Below, in pieces: positions 30,671 to 46,655 of a stretch of 64,000 nucleotides of DNA (position 1 is its first letter; each line of letters starts with the position of its first letter). The notes under the pieces were generated by a model. That model did no database searches. It worked only from the letters and a program-made list of their open reading frames with translations, and was not told where the DNA came from. The translations under genes and the position numbers were made by a program. Source of the stretch: the human T2T-CHM13v2.0 reference genome, Homo sapiens. The DNA is taken from assembly GCF_009914755.1 (NCBI RefSeq), contig NC_060934.1; one strand, given 5' to 3'.

Positions 30671-31229
30671 TGTCATAGAACACAGGCAATGCAGGGAGAT
30701 GGGGGTTGCGCAAACAATTCAGGTACAAATTCCAAGGATGGTGGAAGTTGGGAATAGGGAGTGGTACAAGTGCCAGCGTCTTTGAAGCTGACAGGCGTTA
30801 ATAAGGAATCAGATAAACAGGGAAAAAATACAGTGAATCTGACTTCTTAGCAGAAGTGTTTGGCCGTGTTGGCCCTTGGGAAGCTGAACTTTTGCCTCAC
30901 CCGAGACGCCATCAGGGTGCTTGGCTTCTCTGGAGAACTTTCCAGAAGTACTTACTTGATGCTATTCAGAGTCTCAGAAACTTGAGGGCCACTTTTAATT
31001 ATCTCCAATGGACTCATTCCCAAGAATAGTATTAATTTACCACCTGCAAGTGATATTTTGAGCATTTCTAGGGAGTTGCTTCAAATGTTTCAGGTTCCAG
31101 TTGACTTTGGAATGTATATCCATCATCTGTCATGTGTCTAAGGTATATGATTCCCTGTAGGTGCCAGGAGCTCCCAAAATAGAAGGAAGGAGTGACTACT
31201 TGGGTAGTATGAAGCATCTTTAAACTTAG

Positions 31230-31607
<378 letters not shown>

Positions 31608-31756
31608 CCAGTGCAGTACTTTTATTTTACAGAGAAAATAACAGGCCTGGCTCCATGAAGGCCATGAGGCTAGGAAGGTCTGGCTCCTAGGTCAGGGCAC
31701 CTCCCTGTGAACCATATGGCTTCTAATATATAGTGTGATGGTGGATAGAAACCATT

Positions 31757-31759
<3 letters not shown>

Positions 31760-31800
<41 letters not shown>

Positions 31801-31801
31801 T
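31760..31801. repeat. (TG)n microsatellite
   Basis: About 20 TG units with one interruption. Confidence 0.95.
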
Positions 31802-33245
31802 CAAAGAGAGAGACAGACACACATATATACACCCCTTGGCCAGAACTTCACTACTGTGGCAGATAGTATTTGCATCCGTGCCATCTTCCAAAAGCATTTA
31901 GCCCTGGCTGCCCACCCCTGCCCAGCACCTGGTGATTCCAGGCCACTCAGGGGCCCACTCTGACCCTCGGTGGCTCTTCGCCACCCTCTTCTCTGTGATC
32001 CAAGCAGAACTTCTGCAGTACAGTTTGTGCCCACTCACTTCAGAGAGATGATACAAAACACTTCTCAGGAGTGAGCAGGTGACAGTTGGGGAGGAAGGAG
32101 GGGAGCCCTGGGGGCTGCGGTGCCACTGGCAGCCCCAGAAAACACTGCCGCATTGCCCAGCTCTGCCTCAGCCCTGGGCTGTCCTTGGACAGGGCCATGG
32201 GATGCCACTTCCCTCTCTCTCCCTTTGGCAGAGAGCCCTCGGAAACAGGAGTTATTGAGAAACCAAAAGTAAACAGCTCAGCCTCTCCCCGGGGCCTGTG
32301 GAGCCTGTTGCCCCGGATGGATGGGGTTAGTGCCAGCAGCTGCTCAGATGATCTGTGGGGCATGTTCTGGGGTGGAGGGGGCTGGGAGCCACGGGGCAGA
32401 ATTTGGCCGTGAGAGAAGCATTGCAAAGGTCATCGTAGGCCTGACTTCTAGGGCACATCGTCAGATCGAGGTCGGAGAAAAGGCAAAACTGCAAGCCCCT
32501 TCCTCATGCTTGCTTCACAGCCACGCCGCTTGGAGTTGAAAGCAGCCAGAATAACCGTTTCCTTTGAGTTAACAATGCAGGTGCCGTCATCCTCCTGTGA
32601 GCCGCGGCTGCTCAGGGACCACAGGGGAGGGAGCGCGGGGCCTCTGAATCGGGCATCACTTTCTGCTCTGCCCCATGGGCCCCTCACACACAGCACCTAC
32701 TAGGGACAGACAGTTCAGGAGTCAGAGACAGGGATGCCAGGCGACCCCGGCACAGAGTCGGTCACGCACGTTTCCTCCACTGTCCTGACCTGCCTACTTC
32801 CGCCTAACCCATTTGGCTGAGCTGGTACTGATGTTCTTAAGATGGCAAAAATCAGTCGATGGGGCTTGGGCTCTGAGATCTGCCTGATAGTTGTAGGAAC
32901 CACGGACGGCCCTCCCTGGGCAGGGCTCAGAATGGATGGCTGGATTTTAACTCGTGGTTTCCTGATGGTTTGGGAAGGACATTTGAAACATCCTCCTCTG
33001 TGGAGTCTCCCTTTGCCCCATGCCTAGAACCAGGGGTTGCACGTGCTCATTTCTCTCCTGCCGTATGTATAATCAGGGCTCTCATGCGTTGATCCCTGTG
33101 GCGTCTCGGGCACCACGCCCAACTCTGAAGTCTGTATGTGCCCTTTAATCACTCGGAGATTGCTGGGGATTGGATATTATCATTCGCAAAGTGTAGATGA
33201 GAAACCTGAGGCTTGTCTTGCCTGTGTTCTCCAGCAAGGAAGTGA

Positions 33246-33550
<305 letters not shown>

Positions 33551-34100
33551 CAGAAGTAACAGATAATTTAAGCCCAGTTCCATCTCTCTCGTCCATACGT
33601 GCAGCCACCTGCCAGTGGAGTGAATGCCCATTTATGCTTCTTTCCCTTCCGGCCTCCCTCCCTTTCTTCTTTCCTGCCTTTCCAACTGGGCTTTAAAGCC
33701 AAGTAGAAATTTATCATCTGCATGTCTCATTCTGTGCATTAGTGAGGCTAATCCAGGGTTTGCTGTATGAGAACCTCCTAGTAAAGTATCTGAAAGCATC
33801 GCTGTAAAGGATAAATTTGTCATGAGAGGTGTTGTGGGTTCTAGGGAGAGACATTCAGAAAACCACCTAGGCCGTTTAGTGAGGTGTTCATTTTCCAATA
33901 ACATCTTCCTGCACTGTTCGCATCCCTGAGCGGGTCCCGTGTCTGTCTGCTGAAGAGGCAGAAGCATAAACCTTCCAGGAGTTCCTGCACCCTTTAATTG
34001 CCCTGAGGATCTAAAACAAGTAACAACTTTGAAGATGGTTCAAATGTATCCTGGAACTTTCCTACCCAGATGCGAAGATGCTTTTGATTTTAGAACTAAT

Positions 34101-34442
<342 letters not shown>

Positions 34443-34471
34443 TCAAATCCAGAGGGTACTTACTATTTTTA

Positions 34472-34856
<385 letters not shown>

Positions 34857-35701
34857 AACATATTTATGTGGTTTAAAGTGTTTAGCTATGTGTGGAGAGA
34901 TTTCAGACTGTCAGCTTTTAAGTAACAGCTTTTCTTCTTCCATGATGCATTAATATTTGTCACTCAGGCACTGGCAGGAGGGAACCAGAGGCTGTGTTCT
35001 ACAACAAATGGCATCTGCAAAGAGCCACCACTACAGATGAGCAAGATGTTTAAAGTCAACTGGAATTAGGAACTATCTTATTTCTTCACTGAATATGATA
35101 AACAAGAACTTGTATTGAATCTGCAGAATATCAAGTTTTATAAAATCCCGCGTCTCTTCTATCTTTGCTTTTTACTTCAAACATGTTAGATTGAGTTCTG
35201 GAGATACACAAACTAGAAAGGGCATTGTAGAAAATGGTTAAGTATGTTGGCCCTTCGGCATTCATGTTGGTCTGTGTAAACGTGGGCAAGTTATTTCAGC
35301 CCTACCAGTGTCGGGAGTCTTGTGGGAGAAATCACAGGAGTGGTGCAGGAGTAAATAGAATAATCTATTGAAAGCTCTTGGAATGGTGCCGGGCAGATGA
35401 TGCATGCCAGTAGCAGCTGTTTGTCACTATTGTTTTGCTTATTGTTGCTGTAATTCCAACTTCTTGCCTTCCAGGTTCTGGTCTTCCTGCCAAGGGGCCA
35501 TGCATGTGCATAGACACTCAACTGTGATGGAGATAAAGGGTACTGTAAAAACGGGCATTACCCAGACCGTGTGGGTCAGGGAGGGCTTCCTGGAGGAAGT
35601 CATGACCCAGCCTTGTCTTAAAGGACACATTCAGTGACCAAAGAGAGCTGTGAGGAACACGAACATTTCAGGGCCTGTTGGGGGAAGGGGACTGTGTAGA
35701 G

Positions 35702-36225
35702 CATCGCTCCCCAATCTTTTGGGCACCAGGACCAGTTTTGTGGATGACAGTTTTTCCATGGAGACGGGGTGGGGGAAATGGTTTCGAGATGATTCCAGCA
35801 CATTATATTTATTGTGCACTTTATTTCTATTATTATTACATTGGAATACATAATAAAATAATTCTACCACTTATCATAATGTAGAGCCAGTGGCAGCCCT
35901 GAGCTTGTTTTCCTGCAACTGGACAGTCCCATCTGGGGATGATGGGAGACAGTGACAGATCATCAGGCATTAGATTCTCAAAAGGAGCGTGGAACCCAGA
36001 TCCCTCGCATGCGCAGTTCACAATAGGGTTCATACTCCCATGAGAATCTAATGCCACCACTGATCTGACAGGAGGTGGAGCTCAGGCGGTGATGCGGGTG
36101 ATGGGGAGCGGCTATAAATACAGATGAGGCTTTGCTCACTTGCTGCCCCCCTCTTGCTGTGCAGCCTGGTTTCTAACAGGCCACAGACTGGTACCAGTGC
36201 ATGGCCTGCAGGCTGAGGACCCCTG
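35702..36225 (-). mobile_element. MER1A (hAT-Charlie)
   Basis: Near full length; terminal gacccctg; colinear with the copy at 2717-3190. Confidence 0.9.
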
Positions 36226-36436
36226 AGAACATGTGTTTAGAAATGAAGAAAAGTCAGCAGAGACCCCTAAAAGCCAGGCAGGAGAGGAGGCTCAAGAGGG
36301 AGGGAAAGATCAGCTCTCAAACATCCTGGAGAGTTGAAGAAAAATAGAGACTAAAAATTGTCCCTTGGATTTAGTGACAGTGAAGTCATTTGTGCTTCCA
36401 TAAGGATCATTTCAATCAAGTGGTAGAGAAACAGCC

Positions 36437-36640
36437 CAGTAGTGTGCTGGTAAACGTTTAACAACGGGCTCTTGGGGCAGTGTTGGGAGGAAGAAGAGGT
36501 CCTGATCTGTAGCTTTTACCCATTTCCATGGTGTAAAGACTTTCTATGTGACTAATTTAAAGCCACCAACTGAAGTCATTGAATCCAGATTAGGAAGGGA
36601 TGTTCATAGACCATGTGGTTCCAGCTGTCTCCAGAGCATG
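36437..36640. mobile_element. MER63-like hAT-Blackjack element within L2 remnant
   Basis: Starts cagtagtgtgctggtaaacgtttaacaacgggctc. Confidence 0.65.
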
Positions 36641-37369
36641 CCTGAAACAGCCTGATCTCCGGAGTCATGGTGATGGCCAGGTGACAAGGCAGAGATGGGC
36701 AGGTAGCTTGATGTTTCCAGTTTGTAAGCTTTCTGTATCATTCATTTAAACAGTGTGGTAATATATCTGCTGTCCTCTGCTGCATCTCAACGCCGAGATT
36801 TGTCCCTCCCCTCCTTTCTCTGGGCACATTCTGATACTATGGTGCTGTCTCCTCCCCCTTCTCAGCAGATGTATCTGCTTCCATCTGCCTCTCAGAAAAA
36901 CCCACCATGTTACCGTGAAGAAGCTTACATCCACTTTGCCCAGCAGTAAGTGTATAATGGGATGTCAAGAACAGAACAGAAGGGTTTGAGCATAGAGCCT
37001 TGTGGGGTTTATCACTACCACAGTTCAAGGCAGAAGATGTCCTCACCAACTGAGACAAGTGCTCAGGTCCACTTGTCAGGGACAGTCTTCACAGTGGAAG
37101 GTGACTTTTCATCTCTGGGCCACCCAGATGTGTGATCTGACTTTAGGCTCAAAAAGCAACCTTTTGGTCTTAATCTGGCCTCTCAAGTAGACTTCCCTTA
37201 CTTGAATGAAAATGCATATGCTTTCCAGCCTAACCTGACTTTCCCTGTCTTATTGTTGGTGAAAGGTTTCTATTCAAGATTATGTATGCATTGACTTCCT
37301 GGCTAATACATCAGTGTTCTGTGAGTTTAGTTAACAGGATTGGAGACCCGATAACCCCTTAAGGGAACA

Positions 37370-37590
37370 GGTAATAGCAGCAAACACTTACATAGCCCTC
37401 AGTATATACTAGGCACTCTTAGGAGTACTTTATGTATTCAACCAAGTAACAAACCCTTGAGCTGTCTGTTTTATTGATGAAGAAACTGAGGCACAGAGAT
37501 ATTTAGTGCTTTGTCCAAGGTCACATAAGAGAGTGTCAGAACCAGGTTCTGAATGTAGGCCTTTGGGGTTCTGCAGTCTGTTTCCTAATC
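37370..37590. mobile_element. MIR
   Basis: gatgaagaaactgaggcacagaga...tccaaggtcaca core. Confidence 0.75.
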
Positions 37591-37908
37591 ACCACCTTCT
37601 GCTGGTTCCTGCCTGGTGAGTCCCAGAGCTGAGAATGAGACCCTGGACCTGGGGACCCCATCAAAGTGCAGGCAACCCGGAAGACTCCACCTCCACTAAA
37701 CGCAGGCCCTGTGCCCATCCCTGGAAGGAAGGGACGCAACAGAGGCCATCCTAGAGCCTCGAAGTGCCCCCTTCCGTGCTGACATTCTGACGTTCCCGCT
37801 CCTGCAGCTCCTCTACCCTCGCCTGGTTTCTTTGGTTTCTGGGGACGAATCCAGACATTTTCCAGCTCCAGGTCTGCTTCCAGGTGAGGAAGCTCCGCCT
37901 GGGCCTGA

Positions 37909-38388
<480 letters not shown>

Positions 38389-38765
38389 TGAAGCATTTCA
38401 TTTCTGAGGCCAGTCCATTAAGGGGCTAATAAAAAGGGAACTTGCTGGACACGGTAGATAAACTAAAAAGCACTCCCTCTTAGGATGCTCCTCCCTGGCT
38501 CTCCAGTGCTCTGTGAGAAGAGAAATGAGACATTTGCTTTCTGTCCTCTCTTTCTCTGGGACCTTAAGGGAAAGCTGCTGTGGGTTGCTTCATGGAGCTT
38601 CCACTTCCAAAACTCCAGCCTGGAACAAAGGTCTACAAGGCACCTTCAAGGGTTGTAGAGAGACTTCGTGGAAGCACAAAAATAACTTCGGAGGGAGAGG
38701 GAAGGTTTCATATTCTCAGGCATGTTTACACATCTCTTGTCCCAAATTGGGCTTTAATTAATTAA

Positions 38766-38933
<168 letters not shown>

Positions 38934-39983
38934 TGGCCTCAGGTTGGGTTTTAATACTGTGGGTTTAATGGTGTCCTGGATGTACCAGGAAGTTGACAGG
39001 ATCAGAGCAAGAGTCAGTTGGATTTTCCCCGGTTGTTCCTAGTAGAGGAAGAAGACCTTTGCAAAGAGAGAAAGTGGGTCCTGGATGGGCGTGGAGGTCG
39101 CATATTCCTCTCTGGGTGCAGCTTGGACAGGTCAGTCTTCTTCTTTGAGCAGGTGTGTCATCATCTATATAATGAACAGCTGGAACCATATGTTTTTCAA
39201 AACACCTAGAGACCTGAAAGTTCCATGATTTTGGTGACAGCATAAAATTGTAATACCTTTTGTTGTTAGTATTGTTGCATTTTTTAAAACCCCTCAAATT
39301 GATGTAGTCTTGGCACATAGTCTTGTAAAGCAAATACATGATAGGGATCCATTTTTGGACAGTGTATCTTTAAGGAATATGATTGTTAATAGAATGAGTG
39401 TCCGCATCTCTTTCTCAAGACCTGACTAGATGGTGTTTGGGGTGGTGCCTCTGTCCCTCGATCATTGGCAGGAATAAAGGTAGTTGAAGCCAAAGATTGA
39501 ACCTTCACTTTTCCCTACAGTTGAGGGCTAATTAACTCCAGCCTTGTCCAAGAACTCAATTTATAGCATCCTTAAGCTCTTCTTCTAGCAATCTCAAGGC
39601 TCCAGGAAACTTTTAAAAAAAGAAAGCTCTTTTCCACAAACAGAAGTTTAGGAATGCATATCCAGAATTTCCACCTTCTAAATTGGCACCTAAGCGTGAT
39701 AGATGGCTCCCTATAACGGGCAGCTCTTGCTCACTGCAGCAGCACGCTAGTGGTAATATCACAGCCTGTGGCATTACACGAGACTGTGACAAGCCATTAA
39801 GAAAAAAAATAGGCCAGTGTTATTGAAAAGCCTGATTGCATTTCTGTCATCTAAAGTATGTGAAGCAGCCTTGTAAACTACAAACTTTTTCTGTTTTAGA
39901 ACTTTGGAACCCATTTCAACACTTTGTCCATACAGTGGTTGAGAGTCGGTATCTACCAATTTGCTTGCCGATATCTACCAATT

Positions 39984-40207
39984 TGCAACCTCCACCTCCG
40001 GGGGTGCAGGTGATTCTCCTGCCTCAGCCTTCTGAGTAGCTGGGATTACAGGCGTCTGACACCATGCCTGGCTCATTTTTTGTATTTTTAGTAGAGACGG
40101 GGTTTCACTATGTTGGCCAGGCTGGTCTCGCACTCCTGACCTCACGATCCACCTGCCTTGGCCTCCTAAAGGTCTGGGATTACAGGCATGAGCCGCCGCA
40201 CCCGGCC
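39984..40207 (-). mobile_element. AluS lacking its 3' end and tail
   Basis: Homology begins abruptly at tgcaacctcc. Confidence 0.88.
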
Positions 40208-40269
40208 TAGGATTACATTTCCTTTTGTAGAGGCAGAAACATCACAGAGTTCTGGGTACGGTTGAGTTG

Positions 40270-40740
40270 TGTGTTTTTTCTTCAAGGTAAGCAATAATAT
40301 CCCGATTGTACAGGGAAGAAAACTGAGAGGTAGAGAAGAGAAAGTGACTTGGCCTGTAAGTGCGGGAGTCTGACGGCAGAGGCTGTGTAATAATACCATG
40401 TTCTGGTCATCACCCCCATCACACAATCCTTATTAACTTACAGCTGCCCCATACTCTGCTTTTCTCCTTAATTATTATTTTTTAACCCAAGACAGGTAGG
40501 ATAGGGTGATGTTAAAAGAGCCAGACTGCCTTGATTCTCACACCAGATTTTCTGCTTTGTAGCTCCTGTCACCTAGAGCACTGGACCTCTCTGAGTCTCG
40601 GTTTCCTTATCTCCAAAATGGGCATGGCAACAGGAGTTCCCTCCTTGAGTTGTGAGGATTGAATTAATAAATACTTGGAAGCCCTTCACACACACACTAC
40701 TGTGTAGCAAGTGTTCACTTGGTGTTGTCATTATGCCCTA
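40270..40740. mobile_element. MIR fragments, opposite orientations
   Basis: gaaaactgag...aaagtgactt and ctctctgagtctcggtttccttatctccaaaatggg cores. Confidence 0.65.
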
Positions 40741-41859
40741 GCTTTGTTGTTGTTGTGTGCACATGTAATCCAGATTGCTGACAAAAATAGGCAACTGTGG
40801 ATTGACACTATATACACATTTAAGCAAATGCAACCATATGCATCTCTCTTATGAAGTTAAAATAGAGTACGGTTATATTTTGCATGTGTTCCGCATATTG
40901 TAATAGCCATAGTTTTATATATTACAAAGTGCTAAATACGTATTCACTTTATAGGGTTGAATACACAGAAATATGTGCTCCATACTTGAATGGGCAATTG
41001 AAATAATTTTCGAGGGAAATTTTGATGACTGTGTAATAATTTTTGCCTTTCTTGCTGACTTTATATTCTAGCTTCTTTTTAAATTTTGACTAAGTCCGTG
41101 TTGAGAGGCCTTGATAAGCCCTTGGAAACCTCCACCCCACCTACTCCAGGATATCTGGTTACTAGGGTGCACCCTCACCCTCCACAAGGCTTATTCACCA
41201 TGTGCTCTAGGGCTACCAGCTGTTGTTATACAGGGAATCGGATGTGTCTCATATCCTCTGATTCTTTGAGTACCAGCCATACCAGCTATTGTGTTAGAAA
41301 CTGCCGACATGGAGTAATCAGCCCCAAGTCGCCATCCTTAGAAGTGTGTGTTCAAATTATAACCCAGTGTGGCCCAGCAAGCACATTACCAGCTAATCAA
41401 CTCAGCAGGTGCCTGGACCTGGGGCTTCTCAGTGAAGATAACGTTGGAGATGGGTTTACAGGGTTGGAAGGGGCTGGGAGCTGGAGGACTGATAATCCAT
41501 TCTGAGGAGGAATGGCAGGCAGAACGCCTGAGAGCCCCAAAGGGTTCCTGAGCAGGGAGTCTCTGGGACCGGAGGATGGGCGAGAGGAGGCAGAATTGGT
41601 GGAGTTAGGTGAGGGGGCCTCCTGGGCCACCCCTAGGAAGGAAGACCCAGGTCCCTCAGGTGATTGGGAGCCATTGGTAGCTTTCAGCAAGAGGAATTCA
41701 CTATTTTTGACCCTCGATTAAGATTTGTTGCATTTTATATTCCATTTCCATCTAAATAAGAAAATATATTGGAGTAATTAATTTACTCAAGTATAGGTTC
41801 TGGAAGGAAGTTGTTCAAATTCTTTGCCCTTCTTTGGAAATGGAACTTAGGGAGTCTGA

Positions 41860-42632
41860 GTGTGTGAGTGTGTGCATGTGTGTGTGTAGGTGTGAGTGTG
41901 TGCACGTGTGTAGGTGTGTGCATGTGTACATGTATAGTTATGTGTGTGTATATCGGTGTGTGTGCATGTGTACATGTGTAGTTATGTGTGTATATCGTGT
42001 GTGTGCGTGTGTGTAGGTGTGTATGTGTGTTTGCAAGTATGTATACGTATGTGTAGTGTGAGTGCACGTGTTTGTACAGGTATGTGTTTATTTGAAAGTG
42101 TATTTGTGTATAGGTGTGTGTGGTTTGTAGGTGTCTATAGATGTGTAGGTGTGAGTGTGCATGTGTGTGGGGGTGTGTATAGTTGTGTGCGTAGGTGTGT
42201 GTAAGTGCATGTGTGTAGTGTGTAGGTATGTGTTGTGTGCGTGTGTATAGGTATATGTGTGCGTTCGTGTGTGTATAGGTGTAGGTGTGTATGCATGTAT
42301 GTGTGTATAAGTGTATGCATAAGTGAGAGCATGTGCTGGTGTGTGTATAGGTGTGTGTATGTGTGTTTGCAAGTGTGTTGGTGTGCGCATAGGTGTGTAT
42401 GTGTGCATGTGTGTTGTGTCTGTATAGGTGTGTTTGTGGGTGTGCATGTGTGTTGCTGTGTGTGTGGGTGTGTGAGTGCACGTGTTGGTTTATGATAGGC
42501 GTGTTTGTGCGTGTATTGGTGTGTATAGGTGTGAGCGTGTGTGTATGTGGGTGTGTATATGTAGGTGTGTGTATAAATGTACGTGTGTGAATGTATATGT
42601 GTGTAGTTTCATATGAGTGTGCACATGTGTGT
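41860..42632. repeat. Degenerate (TG/TA/TGCA)n purine-pyrimidine tract, about 770 bp
   Basis: Direct reading; source of the spurious His/Thr and Cys/Val ORFs. Confidence 0.95.
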
Positions 42633-42863
42633 TTAAAATATGGCTAACGGTAAGGAAATAGGAAGAAATAAAATTAGTTTTCCAAGTATGGGCAGGCTTG
42701 AATATTTTAGTCTTATATAATGTTTCAAAATTGATTGCATAACAAAGCGGGTTATCTTGGACAGTAATAGGAGTAGCTAACATTTATCGATGGTACAGCG
42801 AGACAGACTGTTCTAAACCCTTTACATGAATTAGCGCATTAAATCCTCGAATCAACCTCTTAA

Positions 42864-43246
<383 letters not shown>

Positions 43247-45706
43247 GAGGTCAAGTATCTTCTCACCAGCTAGAGTAGAGGAGGCAGGGCGGGAACCGAG
43301 GTGGTCTCTGTCTTGAGTCCATACATTATAACTGTTGAATTACCGGACACCCACTTCAGTGGCATTTATTCGGTGAAGTGTTTGGGGTGTAGGGAAGGGG
43401 TGGTGGTGACTGGAAGTGTAGCTTGGGGATCGCCTTTTTAATATCCCTGTCTAGTCACAAAAATAAGGCATGTTCTAATCAACTAAGCACTTGACCATGA
43501 ACTTCTCGTAAGCAAGGTGAGTGGTAGATTTTTTTTCCTCAAGGATGCAAGCAGCTGATAGAATTGGGAAGAAAGTTATTAGTTGCAAAAACATTTAAGC
43601 TTTGCAGTAAGATTACTAGTGCACCAAAGGAATCGTGACTGTTAAGCCCTCTAGCTGATTAACTGGTGCTGTTATTTTATTTTAAAATGTTGTAATTTTT
43701 TCACAACAAGAAAAGTAATGTGTATTCCTAGAAGACAAATGAGGAAAAATACATAAGCAAAAAGAGGAAGAACACTCATAACTCCACTAGCCAGAAATTC
43801 CCCGTGTTAACTCTGGCGTCACTTACGGTAAATATCCCCATTCATCTCTTCTTGCTCCCAGAATAAATTAGCAGCAGCTTTTCCTCAGAGCAGGGGAACA
43901 AGCCACTTGTGTGGTAGGCAGATATGCAGGCTATGATGGCCAGAAAATAAGCGCACCCCAGGGCGAGGCAGTTTGTATTTTCTGCTTTCGGGGGAGCCGT
44001 TTCTTCTCTTTGAGGAGAGAAGTAATTTTCTGTCCCACCTGCATCTGTTTTCTGGCCTTGGGACCAAATGTCAACATCCCTAGTGGTGAGCACGCCCTTC
44101 CTTCGGTTTTTCTAGTTGCTGAGATACCTGCCGGGTTAGTTTTTTCTCCTCCAGATTGCATGTCTCTGATTCACCAGTGATAAAAATATTGAACAGTCAC
44201 AAAAGACATAAATGAGGTGGGGAGAAAAAGCATGTCACTGAAATGCTGGTTTCCACTGGTGAGCTCCTTGAAATCCTGATAGAACTTTTTCCAAATGAAA
44301 CGTGAAGTGGTATGCTCTTCAGACCATTAATTTTATTAAATAGCCAAACAATTGGATTACAGCCGTTTATCTGTACTGATTTTGCATTGTCATTTCAGAA
44401 TTATCTCTTTAATTGCTACCTCCTCAGTAAGGTTCAGGGTAGAATGCTGTCACTATTTACGTAATCATTTACATATTTTGTATTAATTCACATTTGTTTT
44501 GGATCTAGGTATTGAGAGGTGACTTAATTAGATCCAGTGGTTCATGATTAGCAGCCGATTCAGGGCTCTGTGTCTCTCTCTCCTCTTCAACATTTCCTCA
44601 TTTCCTATTCCTGCCTCCATAGATATCCACTATAATGGACTTGCTAAATCTCTTTGAATACACAGGCATCCTCCTAATTTTTTTTTTCATTTGGTGGTGT
44701 GCATGTGTGTGTGAATGTTTGTATTTTTAATTTACATGAATGGCATTCTTCAATAGATTTCATTCTGTTGCTTCGCACTTTCAATGCATGCTCTTTCTAA
44801 CATCTGTCCGTGCTACTTACTCTGTTTTCTCTAGTTCATTGTTTATAGCTGCTTTTACCCCATTTTATCTTCATCTCCCTGGTGATGGATGACTGAACCG
44901 TCTTGCACTTGTGTGTCCATAAAGAGTATCATGGATGAAAACTCTTGTTCATGCCCCTTCAAAGACTCGTGGGGGGATTTTTTGGGAGCCTCATATTCAG
45001 AAGAAAGCATACAGTTACTTTTCATTTAAGTATCAGGTAATACTTAATTTCATTAAGCATTGCCAGAGTATTTTATTTTTTACTAAGTATTAATTGAGTA
45101 CTTTCTATTTTCATCACATTAGGCTTGGTATTTAGAGGGATTCATGGGAAAAAAAAAGAGACTCTTCTCAAGAAGTTTAAACTTTGCGTAGGAAGAAGGC
45201 AACAAAAAGAGAATATATGGGTAGTAGTAATAATAGTTGCAGTTTATTTGTCATATACCAATCAGTGACATATATCTTCTTAATACGCATAACCCTGTGA
45301 AGGTATATTATTAATTCTGTTTTACTGTTAAAGAAAAGGCAGTTCAGAGTGGCTAAGTAAATTGCCTAAGCATGCACAGCAAAGATGGTGGCAGTGCTGA
45401 GGTTTAAACCCAGTTTTCTCTTACTCCAAAGTCTCTCTCTCTCAGTGCTATGCAGTACTACTACCTGAGATGTCTGTTTTTAAAGAAGTCATTGAATCTT
45501 TGCATGTAGCAGGAGCTCAATAAATGCTTTTGAATTACTGATTGAAATAATCATGGTAAATGCATTTGAGTGCTGTCTGCTAAGTAGTTTAAGTACTTTA
45601 TGTCTAGTAAACTGTTCCAATTTCACAGTAATCCCATAAAGCTGGCATTACTGTTATCCCTGTTTTTCTCCTGAGGAAACTAAGGCATAGACAGGGTGAA
45701 TAATGA

Positions 45707-46012
<306 letters not shown>

Positions 46013-46571
46013 CCTACTTGGATTTTTAAAATTATTAAAAATTACATTTTAATTTTAACATTTTAATTTCAAGATAGTTGTAGATTCACATACAATTATA
46101 AGAAATAATATACAGTGAGATCTCATGTACCCTTTACCAAGTTTCCCCAAATGGTAACATCTTACAAAACTGTAGTACAGTATTACAACCAGGATATTGA
46201 CATTGATACAAGCAGGATACAAAAGCTTCTGGAATTCCTCATGGTGCTCTTTTGTAGCAAACCCACTTCCCTCCTGCATGATCTCACCCCCTGCCTAACC
46301 TCAGGTAACCTGTAGTCTCTTCCCCATTTCTATGGTTTTGTCATTTCAAGAATGTTATATAAATTGAATCTTACAATATGTAACCTTTTGGGATCTTCTT
46401 TTTCACTCAACTTTCACTGGAGATTTATCGAAGTTGTTGTATGTATCAGTAGTTGTTCTATTTGATAACTGAGAAGTATTTCACAGTTTGAGTGTACCAC
46501 TTTGTTTAACCATTCACCAGTTGAAGGACACCTAGTTTGTGTCCAGTTTTTGACTATTAAAAAATAAAGCT

Positions 46572-46616
46572 CTGCAGTCCGCAGTCCGGCCTGGGCGACA
46601 GAGCGAGACTCCGTCT

Positions 46617-46647
<31 letters not shown>
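46572..46647 (+). mobile_element. Severely 5'-truncated AluYb8/Yb9 (46 bp plus poly(A))
   Basis: ctgcagtccgcagtccggcctgggcgacagagcgagactccgtctc carries the Yb 7-bp duplication; TSD aaaaaataaagct at 46559-46571 and 46648-46660. Confidence 0.95.

Positions 46648-46655
<8 letters not shown>

Noticed and set aside
41783-42783. His/Thr- and Cys/Val-rich ORFs up to 232 aa
   Set aside because: Translations of the TG-rich simple repeat
43488-43523. AAG/GTGAGT donor after an ATG
   Set aside because: The ATG frame stops after four codons and there is no good upstream polypyrimidine acceptor
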